A stretch of 64,000 bases of DNA from Candidatus Bathyarchaeota archaeon (GTDB lineage: Archaea; Thermoproteota; Bathyarchaeia; Bathyarchaeales; Bathycorpusculaceae): the NCBI GenBank assembly GCA_963707955.1, contig OY970176.1:1984001-2048000 (forward strand). The letters are read 5' to 3'. This document shows, one piece after another, positions 41,224 through 50,766 of this stretch. How positions within the stretch are numbered: the first letter of the stretch is position 1; every line of letters begins with the position of its first letter. The position numbers were made by a program, and so were the translations under genes. The notes below the pieces were generated by a model. It did not search any database, was not told the origin of the DNA, and saw only the letters and a list, made by a program, of their open reading frames with translations.

Positions 41224-42573
41224 TCACGCCTCCGAGCCTAGGTTCTGATGCCGTTTTCGGCTCATCCTCGCTTCCACGGTCTCCTTGGACACTATCTCAA
41301 CAAGCTTGGCCTGCTTTCCCTCAACCTTTCTGAGCAGTCTTCCAAGCCTTTGAACGTACTCTCGTGTGCTTCCCGTTCCGCTGAGGATGAAGTCCACCGA
41401 AGCATCCGGAACGTCCACGCCCTCGTCGAGAACCTGAGAGGTAACTATCACCCTGTAACTTCCGTTTCTGAAGTTTTCCATGATTTCGCGGCGCTCCTGC
41501 TTCGGTGTTTGATAAGTCACGGCGGGTATCAGGAACCTGCGGCTTATCCTGTATACCAGGTCATTGTGCAGCGTGAAGATCAGTGTTCTTTCACTCTCGT
41601 GTGCTTCAAGCTGCTTGGCAAGCAGGTCCAGCTTTGCCTCGGAGTTCAACGCTACTCTCACCGCGCGGTTTCTGGCCAGAAGAGCCTCTCGCGCCTGCTT
41701 GTCCCTTCCAGTGGTCATTATGAACCTCTGAAAGTCCTCAGCGCTCCTCAGAACGATCCCCCTCTCCCTCAGATAACCGTTGAAAACGCTCATCTCGCCG
41801 TCGTAGACCTGCTGCTCCTCAGGAGTCAGCTCAACGTAAACCTTCTCGTAGGTGTACGGCGAAAGATGTTTTCCCGCCAACTCTTCGACGCCTACAGTAT
41901 AGACGAGGTCGCCGACAAGGGCTGGAAGAAGCGAGTGCCTTTGGTCGCTTCTCTCGTACGTAGCCGTCAGACCCATACGGTAAGGCGCAATGTACATCTC
42001 AGCGATCTGCATGTAACCCGGCGAAGCCAGATGGTGAACCTCATCGAACACCATGAACATGAACCTGTTGCCCAGCACGTCTGCCTGCAGATAAGCTGAG
42101 TCGTACGTGGACACGGTCAGCATTCTCACCGTGGATTCGCCGCCGCCCACGGTTCCCGCCTCCACGCCGAAGCATTCTTGCACTCTTCTTTTCCACTGAT
42201 CTATCAGGTCTAATGTTGGAACAACGACCAGAGTCTGCGTCTTCAAAAGACTAATCGCCTTCAACGCGATAAACGTCTTTCCAGCAGCGGTCGGAAGCAC
42301 CAGGATTCCCCGTTTGCCAGCCCGCCGCCATCTGACCAAAGCCTCGCTCTGGTAAGGACGCAGCTCAACCCCGCCATGCAGAGTCTCGACGGGAGGAAGG
42401 TTCGGAACGCTGTCCCGAAACTGAAGCATGCTCTCCTTCAAATAGGACAGCACGTCGCGGTAATGCGAGGCCTTGACCCTGTAACAGCCTACCCTAGGGT
42501 CCCACTTTCCGTAAGGAGTCCCAACGTCCCCCCGCAGCAGAAGAGTGCCCCTGTCAAACCAAAGATCGATCAT
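41224..42573 (-). CDS. xpb: XPB/Rad25 SF2 DNA helicase
   Basis: LRPYQ, LPTAAGKT, DEVHH, GLTATYERSD, VLDEGVDVP, QRLGRLLR; coupled to bax1. Confidence 0.92.
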   Translation of the reverse strand: MIDLWFDRGTLLLRGDVGTPYGKWDPRVGCYRVKASHYRDVLSYLKESMLQFRDSVPNLPPVETLHGGVELRPYQSEALVRWRRAGKRGILVLPTAAGKTFIALKAISLLKTQTLVVVPTLDLIDQWKRRVQECFGVEAGTVGGGESTVRMLTVSTYDSAYLQADVLGNRFMFMVFDEVHHLASPGYMQIAEMYIAPYRMGLTATYERSDQRHSLLPALVGDLVYTVGVEELAGKHLSPYTYEKVYVELTPEEQQVYDGEMSVFNGYLRERGIVLRSAEDFQRFIMTTGRDKQAREALLARNRAVRVALNSEAKLDLLAKQLEAHESERTLIFTLHNDLVYRISRRFLIPAVTYQTPKQERREIMENFRNGSYRVIVTSQVLDEGVDVPDASVDFILSGTGSTREYVQRLGRLLRKVEGKQAKLVEIVSKETVEARMSRKRHQNLGSEA

Positions 42574-42626
42574 GCATCAACAACGACCCTATTCACGAAT
42601 CGACTTGAAAACCCTTTTGCCAACGC

Positions 42627-42987
42627 ATGCCATTGAAAGTTAAGCTTGAACCGTACTTAGGATTTCTTCATTATGTTCAGGTTGGCAAGCCTAGTTTAGT
42701 GCGTGATTTTCAGGAACTCTACCGCTACTTGATAGATGACTATCTGATTGAACGGTGTCAGAAATTGCTTAAGAAGGATTTTGTAGCGCGCGCGTGCGAA
42801 TTTAAGACTAATGATTTAGCTGAAGGTTTGAATTTGCTTTTTGACCGATTTGTCGAGGTTCTCAGGAATCAGGCATGGCAGTAGGCAAACCATTGACACG
42901 TTGATTAATGAATAGGCCTATTTGCTTGCTAAGTTTCTGAGGCGTGAACGGGAAACATGGGTTCCAAGAATACTGAGCCTAGACTGA
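42627..42987 (+). pseudogene. cas1: C-terminal remnant of a Cas1 (solo/casposase-like) gene
   Basis: LEPYLGFLH..KPSLVRDFQELYRYLIDD matches the Cas1 helical-domain motif (LDPYLGFLH..SLALDLMEEFR); continues after a frameshift as IRHGSRQTIDTLINE*ALFAC / KFLRRERETWVPRI; no N-terminal half. Confidence 0.8.
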
Positions 42988-43185
42988 TAGAAAGCGGAGA
43001 TATCTCCCGAAGACCCTACTTTTGGTAGGATTTCGGATTGACATATCATATCGCCAAAAGAACAAAGTGAGGACAGACACTTAAAAAGAATATGTCGAAA
43101 GGGTACTGGTGCGTTAAGGGACATAACGATGGCTCATTAAACATAGATATATCTCAAAAGCATCGTATAGTAGTGGAGCATTGCA

Positions 43186-44343
43186 ATGAGTCTCCAAAGA
43201 ATAAAAGATTCCCAAACAACATTAACTCTGATTGTTGCCACAGTTTTGTTTGCTCCAGCCGAGGTTGTTCTGTTTTATGCGGGAATACTTGTATCAACAA
43301 ACTGGTCGACTATGAATGGTCAAACAACTCAGATATTTGTGCTAAGAGACTATGGAGTTTGGTATCTGGCAGGTTGGTCAATTTTGCCAATTCTCTATTG
43401 TATAATTGCATCTCTCTATTTCTCACCAAAAAGAATTGTTTCGCCCTTAAATACGCAGATTTTTGCTTGGTTAATACTGTCTGTAGTCGAGTTTCTACAC
43501 GAATACGACACGCTTTATTCGTATTACAATTACTACACTCACACACCTCCACCAGTTGCCCAAATAAACACAATGATTTCAACATGGGCTTCCAATTCGT
43601 TTGCTTTATTCTTCATCTTTGTTTTTGCTGGTCTCGGTCAACTGCTTATGGTTCGATTGATGGTGGGTCCTAATTTGATTGGTGTATGGCGAAAAACGTA
43701 CGCTGTTAATGCAAAATGCGAGGTTCTTGATAGCGTTCTTTGTGAATTAGAAGATTACAGAAGACACGAAGAGGATGACGGTCTTATCGTTTATAAAATG
43801 CCTACAGGATTTGTTGATAAGGTTCTTATGGTTCTTGGTCCTGATCCGAGAAACAAGGATCATTCCCTTCTTGCAACTGTAGCTTACCATTCTGGAGTTT
43901 ACTCCTATGAACAAAGCGATGAATCAGCAGTTAAGAGAAATAGAACAATCTTTGAAATAGAGGGTAGATTACGGCATGCAGATTCTCCCGCCACTATAGA
44001 AGAGTTGAAAGAAGAATTGTATGATCCTGCAACAGCAAGAGCGTATGATTTAGCAATTAAGCCAACTCGGACACCGTTCAAAAGAATGGAAAAACTTGTT
44101 TCTCAAATTCCACCCTTCTACAAATGGTTCATGGCTATAACATCCGTTCTAATTGTGCTGGTTCAGGTAGCTTATTTCACATCCTACTTCCATATTGATA
44201 CGAATACATGGATAAGCACAACTGTGCTTTTGCTCTTTGCCTTTTTTGCAGAAGCAGCGATACCTTTGAGGGATGAGATTCAAGCTCGATTGAAAGAACG
44301 ATTAAGAAAAGAAGCGAGTGCTGATAAAGAGGGCAAGCCTTAA
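43186..44343 (+). CDS. Membrane protein (passenger)
   Basis: Four N-terminal and two C-terminal TM helices around a soluble domain. Confidence 0.8.
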   Translation: MSLQRIKDSQTTLTLIVATVLFAPAEVVLFYAGILVSTNWSTMNGQTTQIFVLRDYGVWYLAGWSILPILYCIIASLYFSPKRIVSPLNTQIFAWLILSVVEFLHEYDTLYSYYNYYTHTPPPVAQINTMISTWASNSFALFFIFVFAGLGQLLMVRLMVGPNLIGVWRKTYAVNAKCEVLDSVLCELEDYRRHEEDDGLIVYKMPTGFVDKVLMVLGPDPRNKDHSLLATVAYHSGVYSYEQSDESAVKRNRTIFEIEGRLRHADSPATIEELKEELYDPATARAYDLAIKPTRTPFKRMEKLVSQIPPFYKWFMAITSVLIVLVQVAYFTSYFHIDTNTWISTTVLLLFAFFAEAAIPLRDEIQARLKERLRKEASADKEGKP

Positions 44344-44387
44344 ATACTAAATATGGCTTATAGGATATGTATAGGAGCGTAATAGGA

Positions 44388-45272
44388 ATGAAATGCAAAT
44401 ACTGCGACTCCGAGAAAGTCGTGAAGGCTGGTATGAAGGGCAATAAGCAGAGATACCTCTGCAACGATTGTGGTCACAAGTTTGTTGAAGGTTCAGATTT
44501 TCCGAGAATGAGAACCGAGGCACGCATCATATCTTCTAGCATTGACTTTTATTTTGAAGGATTAAGCACTAGAAAGATTCAGACTCAGATTGAGAAACTC
44601 TATGGCGTTCATGTTGACCATTCAACAGTGTTAAGGTGGATCTTGAAATACTCTAACCTAGTCTCTCAGTATGTCGAAACACTAACGCCTCAGTTGCTAG
44701 GTATCTATCACGTTGACGAAACAGTGATTAAGTGTAAGGGTGTTCAAAAGTGGTTCTGGGAAATTATTGACGACCAGACTAAATTCCTAGTTGCTGGTCA
44801 CTTGTCAGGTTCAAGAACAGCCGAAGATGCAATCACTCTTTTTGAGAAAAGCATCAGAGTAGCTAAGAAGAAACCAACTTCAATTTACTGTGATGGGTTG
44901 CCTTCTTACGTGGATGGTTACAACAAGGTTTTCAGAACCATGCGAAAGGACACAAGACCAGAGTTGATAAGGAAAGTTGGCATCAGAGCAGTTCATAATC
45001 AGAACGTAGTCGAAAGATTACACAGTACTTTGAAGGATAGGATAAAACCAACCAGAGGCTTGAAAGGAGAAAACACTGTTAGAACTTTGCTCGAAGGATG
45101 GGTTGTCCACTACAACTATGTGCGAAAGCATCAGACTTTGAAGATGACTCCTGCACAAGCTTCTGGTCTAAACGTGAAGAATGACTGGTACACTTTGGTT
45201 AAGGATGCAACGAAGAATGAGACGAAGAAAGAGGAAAAGCAAGTTCCGCAAATTGAGGTGACTGTAAAATGA
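44388..45272 (+). CDS. IS6-family DDE transposase with N-terminal Zn ribbon
   Basis: CKYC..CNDC, GLSTRKI..STVLRW HTH, HVDET, IYCDGL, NVVERLH. Confidence 0.92.
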   Translation: MKCKYCDSEKVVKAGMKGNKQRYLCNDCGHKFVEGSDFPRMRTEARIISSSIDFYFEGLSTRKIQTQIEKLYGVHVDHSTVLRWILKYSNLVSQYVETLTPQLLGIYHVDETVIKCKGVQKWFWEIIDDQTKFLVAGHLSGSRTAEDAITLFEKSIRVAKKKPTSIYCDGLPSYVDGYNKVFRTMRKDTRPELIRKVGIRAVHNQNVVERLHSTLKDRIKPTRGLKGENTVRTLLEGWVVHYNYVRKHQTLKMTPAQASGLNVKNDWYTLVKDATKNETKKEEKQVPQIEVTVK

Positions 45273-45424
45273 AGAAGATTCTTGTTAGCCTTCCAGAAGG
45301 TATATTCAAGATTGTCAAAGAATTGAAAGGACAGCTTGGAGACAGCGATTCTGAGGTTGTTCGCACTATGGTGATAAGTTTCCTCAGTGAGAAAGGATAC
45401 TTGGCTAAGAGGGAGAATGAATGA
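45269..45424 (+). CDS. Ribbon-helix-helix (CopG-like) protein, 51 aa (missing from the ORF track)
   Basis: MKKILVSLPEGIFKIVKELKGQLGDSDSEVVRTMVISFLSEKGY; ATGA overlaps at both ends. Confidence 0.8.
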   Translation: MKKILVSLPEGIFKIVKELKGQLGDSDSEVVRTMVISFLSEKGYLAKRENE

Positions 45425-45615
45425 GTAAACGCAAGAAAGACCGCATTAAAGAACTGGCTTTGGAACTTGATATAGTTGATCACATGATTGCTGCGTTGGT
45501 GGATGTTTTAGAAAAGAAGGGTATTTTGACCTCTGCAGAATGGGAAAAAGAGGTAAAGTTGAAGGTTGAAAAAGCAGCAAAGACAACGCAAAGTTTCAGG
45601 GAGATAGAATCTTAG
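45421..45615 (+). CDS. Small helical hypothetical protein
   Basis: ALVDVLEKKGILTSAEW; translationally coupled to the RHH gene. Confidence 0.7.
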   Translation: MSKRKKDRIKELALELDIVDHMIAALVDVLEKKGILTSAEWEKEVKLKVEKAAKTTQSFREIES

Positions 45616-45616
45616 A

Positions 45617-46123
45617 TTGCAAACCAAAAGCCACGACAGTTTGCATGAAACAATAGTAGCGAAAACTTTGCCTAGATTTGTTGAAAGGCTAAAGAAAGAA
45701 AGGCTTGTCTCTGATTACAATAGAGACAGTTTCCATGTTGAAATAAAGCATTTCAATGAAACTCATATGTTCAACATAAAACCCGATTTGGTTTTAGTTT
45801 TACCTGACAAAGCGAAGTTTCTAATCGAGGTAGTCAACCCCAGAGACCCGAAAAGATTACTAGGCGAGATTGTCTATCTTCAAATTCTTGGTTCTCGAAG
45901 GCTCATTGATAATGGAATAATCTTCCTACTCCCACTAGGGTCTGAACACCCAACAGCACCCATGAAAGGTTTGAGACTTTCATTCACATCACTCGCTACT
46001 GGTCTGGAGCAAATCGTTTCTACAAAGATTCCGTGTGATATAGCCTCATGGTCAACGACTGAGGAAAACAACTACGTCAATTTGAGAGGCTCTATTATAT
46101 ATCGTCCTAAGTTGCACTTATAG
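45617..46123 (+). CDS. Putative PD-(D/E)xK-fold nuclease (passenger)
   Basis: H..IKPDLVL..FLIEV..LLGEI pattern; the catalytic Lys is not evident. Confidence 0.55.
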   Translation: MQTKSHDSLHETIVAKTLPRFVERLKKERLVSDYNRDSFHVEIKHFNETHMFNIKPDLVLVLPDKAKFLIEVVNPRDPKRLLGEIVYLQILGSRRLIDNGIIFLLPLGSEHPTAPMKGLRLSFTSLATGLEQIVSTKIPCDIASWSTTEENNYVNLRGSIIYRPKLHL

Positions 46124-46369
46124 GAGAAGTTTGCATGAGCGAACAAAAAACGAATCCACCTAATATTCTCCCATGTCCCTTAACGCACCAGTTTCTGTCG
46201 AAAGCGTAGAACATGGAAACGGTAAAATCAACTGGTCAAACTGGCTTAAAAAACATATTACTAGACTGTCCAAGAGGAGAATACACTTTATCCAAACTAC
46301 ATCTTGGAACGGTTTGCAAGTTGAAGTCGAGTTAATAAACGGGCTCCTCAGAATAGTCAATAGACACTC

Positions 46370-47197
46370 ATGACCAATCTGATTTCAGTTTCTAGTGCAC
46401 CTATCGCTGGGTTTGGGGACAAGGAATACTACGACCTTCTGGGCACGATTGAAGTGATGAAAAAAGTCTCTGAAGAGGTTGTGGTTGATGGTTTTGAGTT
46501 GCAACTTGAACCAGAATGGGACTGCGAAAATGCACCATTAACCGATGCTGACTGGGCTGATTGGACTAAGACTCCCAAATTTACTTTTGAAGAAGTTGTG
46601 GAACTAATCAAAAGTGAGGGTCTACCAATCCTTTCTGTTCATGCGAGCAGGGATGTCGGAAGTTATCTCTGCTCTGAGAAGGAAAGAGATTGGGAGAAGG
46701 GAAAGCGTGTCATTTATGGTGCATTGTCAGTTGCTGAAGGATTGGGAGCGGAGGTTTGTGTATTTCATCTTTGGGACACTTGGAAAAGCAGTTTCGATTT
46801 GCGAAATGTCGAGAACATTTTTCTGAAGACAGCGGAACAGTTTCCAAAGGTTAAAGCTTCGGTTGAAAATATCCCAACACATCTAGAAGGTTATTCTCCG
46901 TTCATGTTGGTTGGGTCTGCCAATTATGTGACTTTAGACTTGAGATGGGCAACTATGTATAAGGAGCTTGACGCTTTCGAGTCGATAATTAACGGTATTG
47001 TGAATGTTCATCTGCGAGGGAGTCTGAAGGAGAGTAAATGGGTTCTAGAGCGTTCAGACTTTGATTTCTATGAAGCCTTGAACAAAATAAGAAAGGAATG
47101 GAAATATTCAGGATTGCTCACAGTCGAGCCTGAAGGTAGAATAGACGGGTCATTGTTTGAAAGCTTCCTAGAAGCGATGCACACCTTGAAGACGTAG
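46370..47197 (+). CDS. Xylose isomerase-like TIM-barrel protein
   Basis: LSVHA, VFH, SVENIP, VTLD, NVHL, LTVEP. Confidence 0.82.
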   Translation: MTNLISVSSAPIAGFGDKEYYDLLGTIEVMKKVSEEVVVDGFELQLEPEWDCENAPLTDADWADWTKTPKFTFEEVVELIKSEGLPILSVHASRDVGSYLCSEKERDWEKGKRVIYGALSVAEGLGAEVCVFHLWDTWKSSFDLRNVENIFLKTAEQFPKVKASVENIPTHLEGYSPFMLVGSANYVTLDLRWATMYKELDAFESIINGIVNVHLRGSLKESKWVLERSDFDFYEALNKIRKEWKYSGLLTVEPEGRIDGSLFESFLEAMHTLKT

Positions 47198-47249
47198 ATT
47201 CCTATTTGTTCAGCTATAACTTTTCCGCAAAACCAAAAACTGGCTTTCT

Positions 47250-47786
47250 TCAAGCTTTCTTAGTCAGTATCTTTGGTTCTTTCCATTCTTCTCTCAGGAT
47301 ACTGTAGATATAGGAATCTACCCATTCTCCTCTCATGAAAAAGCTTTTACGAAGTGTTCCTTCCTTCTTAAACCCAACTTTCTCTAAGAGTTTGTTAGAG
47401 GCTACATTTCTTGGGTCAGTTTGGGCTTGAATACGCATTGTGTCTTTTGAGAGAAACAAGTAATCCACCATTAACTGTGTAGCTTCGGTACAGTACCCTT
47501 TTCCCCTCTCACTTGGCACTAAGCTATAGCCTATTTCTAGTTGCTTGCCCGCAACATGTAGGACATAAAAATGACCTATGAAACCAATTTTGCTTCCGTC
47601 CTTTTTCTCTATGATGAATGACTTCTCTTCATGAGGGTTCTCAAACATTTTTTCTGCTTCTGTTCTGGACACCTGATGTAGAGGATTGTATTCACCAAAG
47701 ACCTCAGGCTTGTTGAACCATTCTGCAATTAGTGGCAAATCCTCTTTCTCCATAATCCTCAAATTCACATTTTTACCTTCAAGCAA
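47250..47786 (-). CDS. RimJ/RimL-type GNAT acetyltransferase
   Basis: EIGYSLVPSERGKGY, NVASNKLLEKVGFKKEG. Confidence 0.92.
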   Translation of the reverse strand: MLEGKNVNLRIMEKEDLPLIAEWFNKPEVFGEYNPLHQVSRTEAEKMFENPHEEKSFIIEKKDGSKIGFIGHFYVLHVAGKQLEIGYSLVPSERGKGYCTEATQLMVDYLFLSKDTMRIQAQTDPRNVASNKLLEKVGFKKEGTLRKSFFMRGEWVDSYIYSILREEWKEPKILTKKA

Positions 47787-47858
47787 GTTAACTCACCAAC
47801 CCAACATTTCAAGTCGATTCGGCTATAACTTTTCCGCAAAACCAAAAACTGATTATCT

Positions 47859-48395
47859 TCAAGCGGTTTTTGTCAATATCTTCGGTCCTTCCCATTCTTC
47901 TCTGAGAATGCTGAAGAGGAACATATCTGTCCATTCTCCTCTGCAGAAGTAGCACTTTCGCATTGTTCCTTCTCTCTTAAACCCAGCCTTTTCCAGAATC
48001 TTCTGGGAAATCACATTCTTGGTGTGAGTCGTTGCTACTATTCGAGGAATGTCCTTTGAAAGGAAAAGATAGTCCACCATTAGCTGTGCAGCTTCAGTGG
48101 AATAGCCTTTTCCTCTCTCACTTGGAACGAGACCATAGGCAAGTTCTACCATACTCATATAAGTATTAAGAAAGTTGAAATGCATAATCCAACCAATTTT
48201 GCTTCCGTCTTTCTTCTCAATGATAAAATGCTTCGTTTCGAAAACGGTACTCTCCAAGAACTTCTCCATCCCTGCCCTAGTACCCTGTGTTGGAGAGAAA
48301 TATTCAGCAAAGTCTGGGTTATTCCACCAGTCCACAAGAAACGGCACATCCTCTTTCTCTGCAACCCTCAAATTCACATTCTTGCCTTCAAGCAA
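47859..48395 (-). CDS. RimJ/RimL-type GNAT acetyltransferase (paralog)
   Basis: ELAYGLVPSERGKGY, NVISQKILEKAGFKREG. Confidence 0.92.
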   Translation of the reverse strand: MLEGKNVNLRVAEKEDVPFLVDWWNNPDFAEYFSPTQGTRAGMEKFLESTVFETKHFIIEKKDGSKIGWIMHFNFLNTYMSMVELAYGLVPSERGKGYSTEAAQLMVDYLFLSKDIPRIVATTHTKNVISQKILEKAGFKREGTMRKCYFCRGEWTDMFLFSILREEWEGPKILTKTA

Positions 48396-48464
48396 ACCTG
48401 ACCACCAATCTAGGTGTTTAAGTCGGTTCAGCTATAACTTTTCCGCAAAACCGGTCCCAACATG

Positions 48465-48905
48465 CTAAAGGCTTCCTATGTAGGTGTAGGTTCTTGGCAC
48501 GCTCATTGCTTTGAGTGTTGTGTAGCGACAGTAACCATCAACGAGTTGATAGTCTTCCTTTCGTATAATCAAAGGTGAGAGAACTACTGCCCCCGCTTCC
48601 ATGTTGTGTCGAAGTTCTGCACTTCTCTTCTCAAGGCTCTTTGAAAAAACATAGCCCCTCTCAGGGTCCACGTAGTTCATAATATCGGGGTCTAGCTTTA
48701 TTCGGGTTATATCCATTATTTTCAGATGCCATTTGCGTCTTGCAAGAGTCGTCAGCCACGGGTCATCTTTTGGGTCTCTATGTTCACTTCTGGCATCTGC
48801 TTCCCACTCTTTTAGAATTTCAGAGTTGACGAAATCGTATATTGCATCAAGGTCGTCAATCACCCAGTAGCTTATCCCTTCAAGTCTCCGAATAGGCGTG
48901 TTCAA
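48465..48905 (-). CDS. ParB/Srx-like domain protein
   Basis: PLIIR..YQLVDGYCRYTTLK resembles the ParB N-terminal DGxxR motif. Confidence 0.7.
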   Translation of the reverse strand: MNTPIRRLEGISYWVIDDLDAIYDFVNSEILKEWEADARSEHRDPKDDPWLTTLARRKWHLKIMDITRIKLDPDIMNYVDPERGYVFSKSLEKRSAELRHNMEAGAVVLSPLIIRKEDYQLVDGYCRYTTLKAMSVPRTYTYIGSL

Positions 48906-49358
48906 GACATCTCGCCGTCTAGGTTCTTTGCGTTGTTCTTATTTGAAGTATCTGAAATTTGGCTATGACTTTTCTGCAAAACCAAAAACTGTGTCTGTCT
49001 GCGTGCGTGGGCTGTGTGTTTTTTTGTTTTTGTTTGTTTGTGTCAAGGTGTAGAAAGTAAGAGAGATAATTAATAGTAATAAGAGAAGTGAAGAAGAAGA
49101 AAAAGATAAAAGTTTACCCTCCCACACACAACAACGTTGGTTCGTGGCTTTCTGGGTTGCCTCGCTGGTCGCGAGGTGCCTGCAACCCAATAGGCTCAGC
49201 CAATACAGAGACAACAGCAATGGCATTACTACCTTACAATAATGAAGTTATTTCTAGGATACAAAATCTAACTGAACTGTAGAGATTTAACACAAGAAGA
49301 GTTGTAGTTATCTGGAATTAAGAAAAAAGAAGGGAGGGTTAGTTTTGGAGGTTTGAGG

Positions 49359-49676
49359 CTATTTGCCCTTTAGAATTTTCATGGCTTCTTCCATGGTCGG
49401 GAAAACCAATTTGACTTCGGTTGTCTCGGTTGCCATTAATGCCATAACTTCTGGTTCCATACTGGCTTTTTGGAAAGCTTCTAAATTTGGGGCTTCCATT
49501 ATGAAGACGCTCAGATGTTCTGTCTCGACACTCCCACCCCAAAGCATCTTTACTTTGTACTTCTTCGATATTTTGTCCATGCTGCTCAACCAATCCAGGT
49601 AGACCTTTCTTGTCTTTTCATGTACCAAAGGGCAGTTTTCGGGCGCATGCCTTGAAAGCACTAAGAATGTAGGCAT
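49359..49676 (-). CDS. Small ferredoxin-like-fold protein (DUF3303/GYD-like)
   Basis: FLVLSRHAPENCP..EHLSVFIMEAPN. Confidence 0.6.
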   Translation of the reverse strand: MPTFLVLSRHAPENCPLVHEKTRKVYLDWLSSMDKISKKYKVKMLWGGSVETEHLSVFIMEAPNLEAFQKASMEPEVMALMATETTEVKLVFPTMEEAMKILKGK

Positions 49677-49838
49677 ATTAACACGCTCCAAACTATCTTT
49701 TTTGCACGAACAATATAAAAGACTTTGCTCGGAAGTTTACAACAAATAAAAGTGTGTGTGTTATGTGTGTTTGTTGTGTGTGAAGAGAGACTAAGTAAGT
49801 ATAGTAGAGTGAGTTAGGGAGTCGTAGTAGTAGAGCAA

Positions 49839-49912
49839 GGGTTTTGGTGTTTTGGGTTTTGGGATAAAACTTTACCCCCCAAACCCAAACCCAAAAAAAA
49901 CACACAAAACCC
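49839..49912. repeat. Imperfect hairpin centred on GGGATAAAACTTTACCCC
   Basis: GGGTTTTG/TTTGGG left arm and CCCAAA/CAAAACCC right arm; related cores at 49105-49119 and 51956-51984. Confidence 0.75.
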
Positions 49913-49981
49913 ATGTGAGAAATGCAGAACTGTTATAACAAGAAAAAAATAGGGAGTAGATAGTATGGTTCGAGTAGCGGG

Positions 49982-50431
49982 TTAGCTTGTTGTGATCGAC
50001 CACTCGCATGGGATTTTTCCTGTTTTCGCCGTGGCTTTCCATCCCAACAGTTTTGCTGTGTCCACGACTGATGAAGCACAGAATTCGCACAGTGGTGTTC
50101 CAGGACCTCCAACGCCAATTTTTGATGCCCCACATGTGGTTGCTTGAAGAACAACCTTCCTGGGCGACTCTTCAAGAACTTTTATGTCGTTGCCTACGAT
50201 CTGAAAGAATGTGCGAGCATAGTTCAGAGCCTTTAATGCTCCCTCTCCTGGCGTTTGTTTCCACACATCCGAGTTAACAGAATCCTTCGCGAAAGCAGCA
50301 AAGAATTTCTTAACCCCTTCGTCACCATAATTGCTTCTGATGAAGGCTATGGCACTTATCATTCCCACGTTGCCGAAAGACCTGGCGCCTGCAAGTTTCT
50401 CCTCTAAAGAAAGAGCTTTGCCCATATTCAT
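49982..50431 (-). CDS. Hypothetical protein, V4R/ATC-hydrolase-like
   Basis: SD GGTGAGGAG; TC..LCEFC..PCEW Cys pattern. Confidence 0.6.
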   Translation of the reverse strand: MNMGKALSLEEKLAGARSFGNVGMISAIAFIRSNYGDEGVKKFFAAFAKDSVNSDVWKQTPGEGALKALNYARTFFQIVGNDIKVLEESPRKVVLQATTCGASKIGVGGPGTPLCEFCASSVVDTAKLLGWKATAKTGKIPCEWSITTS

Positions 50432-50766
50432 CTCCTCACCCTCTACCATCTCTAGTTTCCACTTATAACATTTTGTATTCAACTAGAAGCATTAGTTTGG
50501 TAGTAATTTGGCACAACAACTCTGGGAATCCAATTTTCCCTTTCATTTCTCAAATATTTGGCAAACAGTAAAGCGCGCGCTGTTGATCTTTCTAGTCAAT
50601 CGTGATTTCACGGGCGGAGGAATATTGACTTCAGTGGGCATCGTGCTTGCACTGCTGGCACGCAAGCTTGAGCATCTGAAGGTCAGAACAGAGTTATTTG
50701 AGATCGAAGTTCAGCTCAACTAGAGTTATGTGGTCGGTTTATCACGCCTGAGCTCTCAACCGCACG

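Larger units (their letters stand above)
43102..46195. mobile_element. 3.1-kb IS6-like element with passenger genes
   Basis: Perfect 20-bp inverted repeat ACTGGTGCGTTAAGGGACAT (43105-43124 / 46173-46192); flanking direct repeat TGTCGAAAG (43093-43101 / 46196-46204); internal DDE transposase; low GC. Confidence 0.88.
47213..48991. repeat. Four copies of GCTATAACTTTTCCGCAAAACC(AAAAACTG) separating single genes
   Basis: Copies at 47213-47242, 47822-47851, 48431-48452 and 48962-48991 (2 mismatches); spacing 609, 609 and 531 bp. Confidence 0.92.

Noticed and set aside
41248-42099. 283-aa antisense ORF inside xpb, and similar shadow ORFs (6217-6690, 8695-9168, 18942-19562, 61619-62389, 63681-63962)
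   Set aside because: Antisense to well-supported genes, with no recognisable motifs or independent expression signals.
42627-46200. Intact casposon
   Set aside because: cas1 is fragmentary and lies outside the TIRs; no family B polymerase.
47213-48991. Canonical CRISPR array or canonical attC sites
   Set aside because: Spacers are 500-580-bp genes; there is no R''/L-box hairpin of at least 55 bp and no intI in the window. Kept only as a non-canonical cassette hypothesis.
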